DNA from: Fistulifera solaris
Taxonomy: Eukaryota
NCBI GenBank assembly: GCA_030295235.1
Contig: AP026169.1
Span: forward strand, 744,001-808,000
Direction: 5' to 3'
DNA: 64,000 nucleotides
Shown: in pieces, positions 60,728 through 64,000 of the stretch
How the letters are laid out: each line of letters starts with the position of its first letter
Position numbering within the stretch: the first letter of the stretch is position 1
Notes under the pieces: generated by a model
The model's input: only the letters and a program-made list of their open reading frames with translations
Database searches by the model: none
Told to the model about the DNA's origin: nothing
Translations under genes and position numbers: made by a program

Positions 60728-62212
60728 ATGTCGGGAATCAAGCTTTGGTGTGCATTGTGGATTATCGCTACAGTCGATTCTTTTTCGATTTCATCGCCTC
60801 GACGACAACTTTTTCCACAACAACCATCAATTTACAGAAAGAAGGGTGCTTTTCCTTTATTCATGACATCATCAAGTACCAAGTCGCCCAATTTCTCATC
60901 CACAGATCCCTTTCAAATACTCGGAATCGACCCAACAGCCGATTCACAAGCCATCAAACGTGCCTACAAGAAATTAGCCTTTCAATATCATCCCGATATG
61001 GTTACGACGAAAGACTCCACGACCGAAGAAAAACGTAAGGCTTCGGATCAATTTGCAAAAATCAATGCTGCCTATGAAGCACTGGCGGCAAAGACAGGGC
61101 GACCGAGTACGGGTACAAGCACTTCCAGCAGTTCCAAAGACAATACGAAGAGTGCCTGGACACCACCCCATCGACGAACCGGTTCGACTGCTTCGTCGTC
61201 ATCATCTACAAACTGGAGAGATTATATACCCTACTACACATCTGTCGAAGATGAAAAGTACGACGCGGGAGGTGATTCTTTTGGTGCCATTTTCGCCGAT
61301 TTAATCGCCGGAGCCTCCAAGGCCAGTGCGAGTGGTGGTGTCGTCAAAGATTTCATTGAATTCCTCGAACAAACGGTCGATGCGTACAGTTCTTCAAGCT
61401 CTTCGTCCTATAGCTCCATGAACAATGAGGATGATGCCGAGCTGCAGTTCTTGTTACAAGTGGGCAGTATTCGTCAAGTAGGCGATGAGATGGACGAAAC
61501 GGAGTTGGTGTTGCAGCAATTGAACAAAAAGATGCAGCGTATGGACATGGACCTGATGCAATTACAAGCTGATATCGCCACTTCAACGAAGTTCACACAA
61601 AAAATGAAGTTGGAAGAGTCGGTCGATGAATTACGAGCTCGGAAACGCGTGGTAGAGAATTACATTCAGAAAGCACGAAAGCGATTGCTGGCCTTGCAAA
61701 CACGATACAAACAGTTGGTCGTCGAGGGTGAGAATGATCCTAAAGCGGGAGGCACTGACCGCTCCGCTCGTTCAGATGCGAGTTACGCCAGTCCTCCTTC
61801 GCCTCCATCTCGTGCTTCCTCGTCGTTTTCTACCAGCAATCAAAATAATAACAGTTCGGAGGATTCGTGGAAAGAGGAAAGTTTTGGGTCGTTCGGTCGC
61901 GGACGTGGGAGCTCTCGACGGAGAGCACAACGCAATACATCCTTCGAGTCATCATCCAGTTCATCAACAAGTGCTGGAAGTGAATCTTCTTCTTATTATT
62001 CATCCTCATCTTCGAATCAACCGTCGTATACAGCCCCGGAATCGAATCGATCAACGTCGGCGTCCACACCGGCTTCGCCGCCTGGTAGCTACGACTACGT
62101 CCCCCCACATCGACGCTCACAAGCTTCTTCCGCACAGGAAGATAAGCGGCGACTGCGTGAAATTAAAGTGGATGAGGAATTTGAAAAGCTCAAGCGTGAT
62201 TTGGGGTTATAA
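60728..62212 (+). CDS. DnaJ-domain protein with coiled coil, probably plastid-targeted
   Basis: Signal peptide ending VDS-FSI, DPFQILG..KRAYKKLAFQYHPD..FAKINAAYEAL, C-terminal VDEEFEKLKRDLGL. Confidence 0.88.
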   Translation: MSGIKLWCALWIIATVDSFSISSPRRQLFPQQPSIYRKKGAFPLFMTSSSTKSPNFSSTDPFQILGIDPTADSQAIKRAYKKLAFQYHPDMVTTKDSTTEEKRKASDQFAKINAAYEALAAKTGRPSTGTSTSSSSKDNTKSAWTPPHRRTGSTASSSSSTNWRDYIPYYTSVEDEKYDAGGDSFGAIFADLIAGASKASASGGVVKDFIEFLEQTVDAYSSSSSSSYSSMNNEDDAELQFLLQVGSIRQVGDEMDETELVLQQLNKKMQRMDMDLMQLQADIATSTKFTQKMKLEESVDELRARKRVVENYIQKARKRLLALQTRYKQLVVEGENDPKAGGTDRSARSDASYASPPSPPSRASSSFSTSNQNNNSSEDSWKEESFGSFGRGRGSSRRRAQRNTSFESSSSSSTSAGSESSSYYSSSSSNQPSYTAPESNRSTSASTPASPPGSYDYVPPHRRSQASSAQEDKRRLREIKVDEEFEKLKRDLGL

Positions 62213-62356
62213 GATCAAGCACCGTAATGCATCTCATAAGTCTCATAATTGAGACTAACGTGAATAATCCGTAATAGAAGTTTCAGGTGAAGCAGAGTTT
62301 CTGGGCATGCTACAGTTCCAAGATTCGTTGTTAAATTAAGTAAATGAATTAATTAT

Positions 62357-63630
<1,274 letters not shown>

Positions 63631-64000
63631 CTTGGTATTTTTCAATGAAAAGATTAGTCGAACAAGGTCGTTGAATTGTGAAACAGTTCCGAAAAGATCG
63701 TCGTCTTGTTCGGGCGATGGCGTGTGAGTGGTGGCATGGTGGTACGTCAGTGTCAGTTTTCACGCAGCCGCGCTGAAGGCGCGCAATTATTTACTCTCAA
63801 ACAAAATGTACAATAGCGCGATGATGCGCATACGTATGATGAGAGGACCCAAGGAGAGCATCGCGCGCTTTCGTCCGCATTTTTACGAAAGACAGATGGA
63901 CCGATAAGAATACTTAGATGAGTTGTGTCTTACAGGTGTAAAAATCCACCAATCATATCGTAGTTATAACTTTTCAAAGCTACGTGTCTCGAAATGAGAC

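Overview
This is eukaryotic nuclear DNA from a diatom, probably a pennate. The evidence is short GT-AG introns, ASAF-type bipartite plastid presequences, plastid GapC1 and a silicanin-family gene. The window is gene-dense, with about 30 protein genes. These include mitochondrial ATP synthase beta, DUS1, a DHHC acyltransferase, a PAPS transporter, a flavoprotein disulfide reductase, JmjC, silicanin, Sec3, DnaJB12, MRG15, PCNA, Ldh_2, GatA, an LRR protein, rhomboid, CPBP, PRL, HAD, MTN, DnaJ and GAPDH. Many conserved genes are broken by single-base indels, most likely unpolished assembly errors. The most unusual part is ~33.6-37.4 kb. There, a phage-type double (NUMOD4-like)-HNH plus AP2 endonuclease gene sits between an intact intron-containing tRNA-Arg(UCU) and a same-orientation tRNA-like copy. 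That copy has an ~80-nt anticodon-loop insert and no B box. Both share identically spaced upstream motifs, and a 3x66-bp repeat abuts the intact tRNA. Other notable items are a ~2000-aa protein with three 7-copy repeat arrays, a 484-bp-repeat gene with the same +1 frameshift in each copy, a dispersed GACTG-N5-CAGTC palindrome, a 34-bp minisatellite, and a 61-aa spliced gene missed by the ORF track. All family assignments come from motif recognition by eye; no searches were run.
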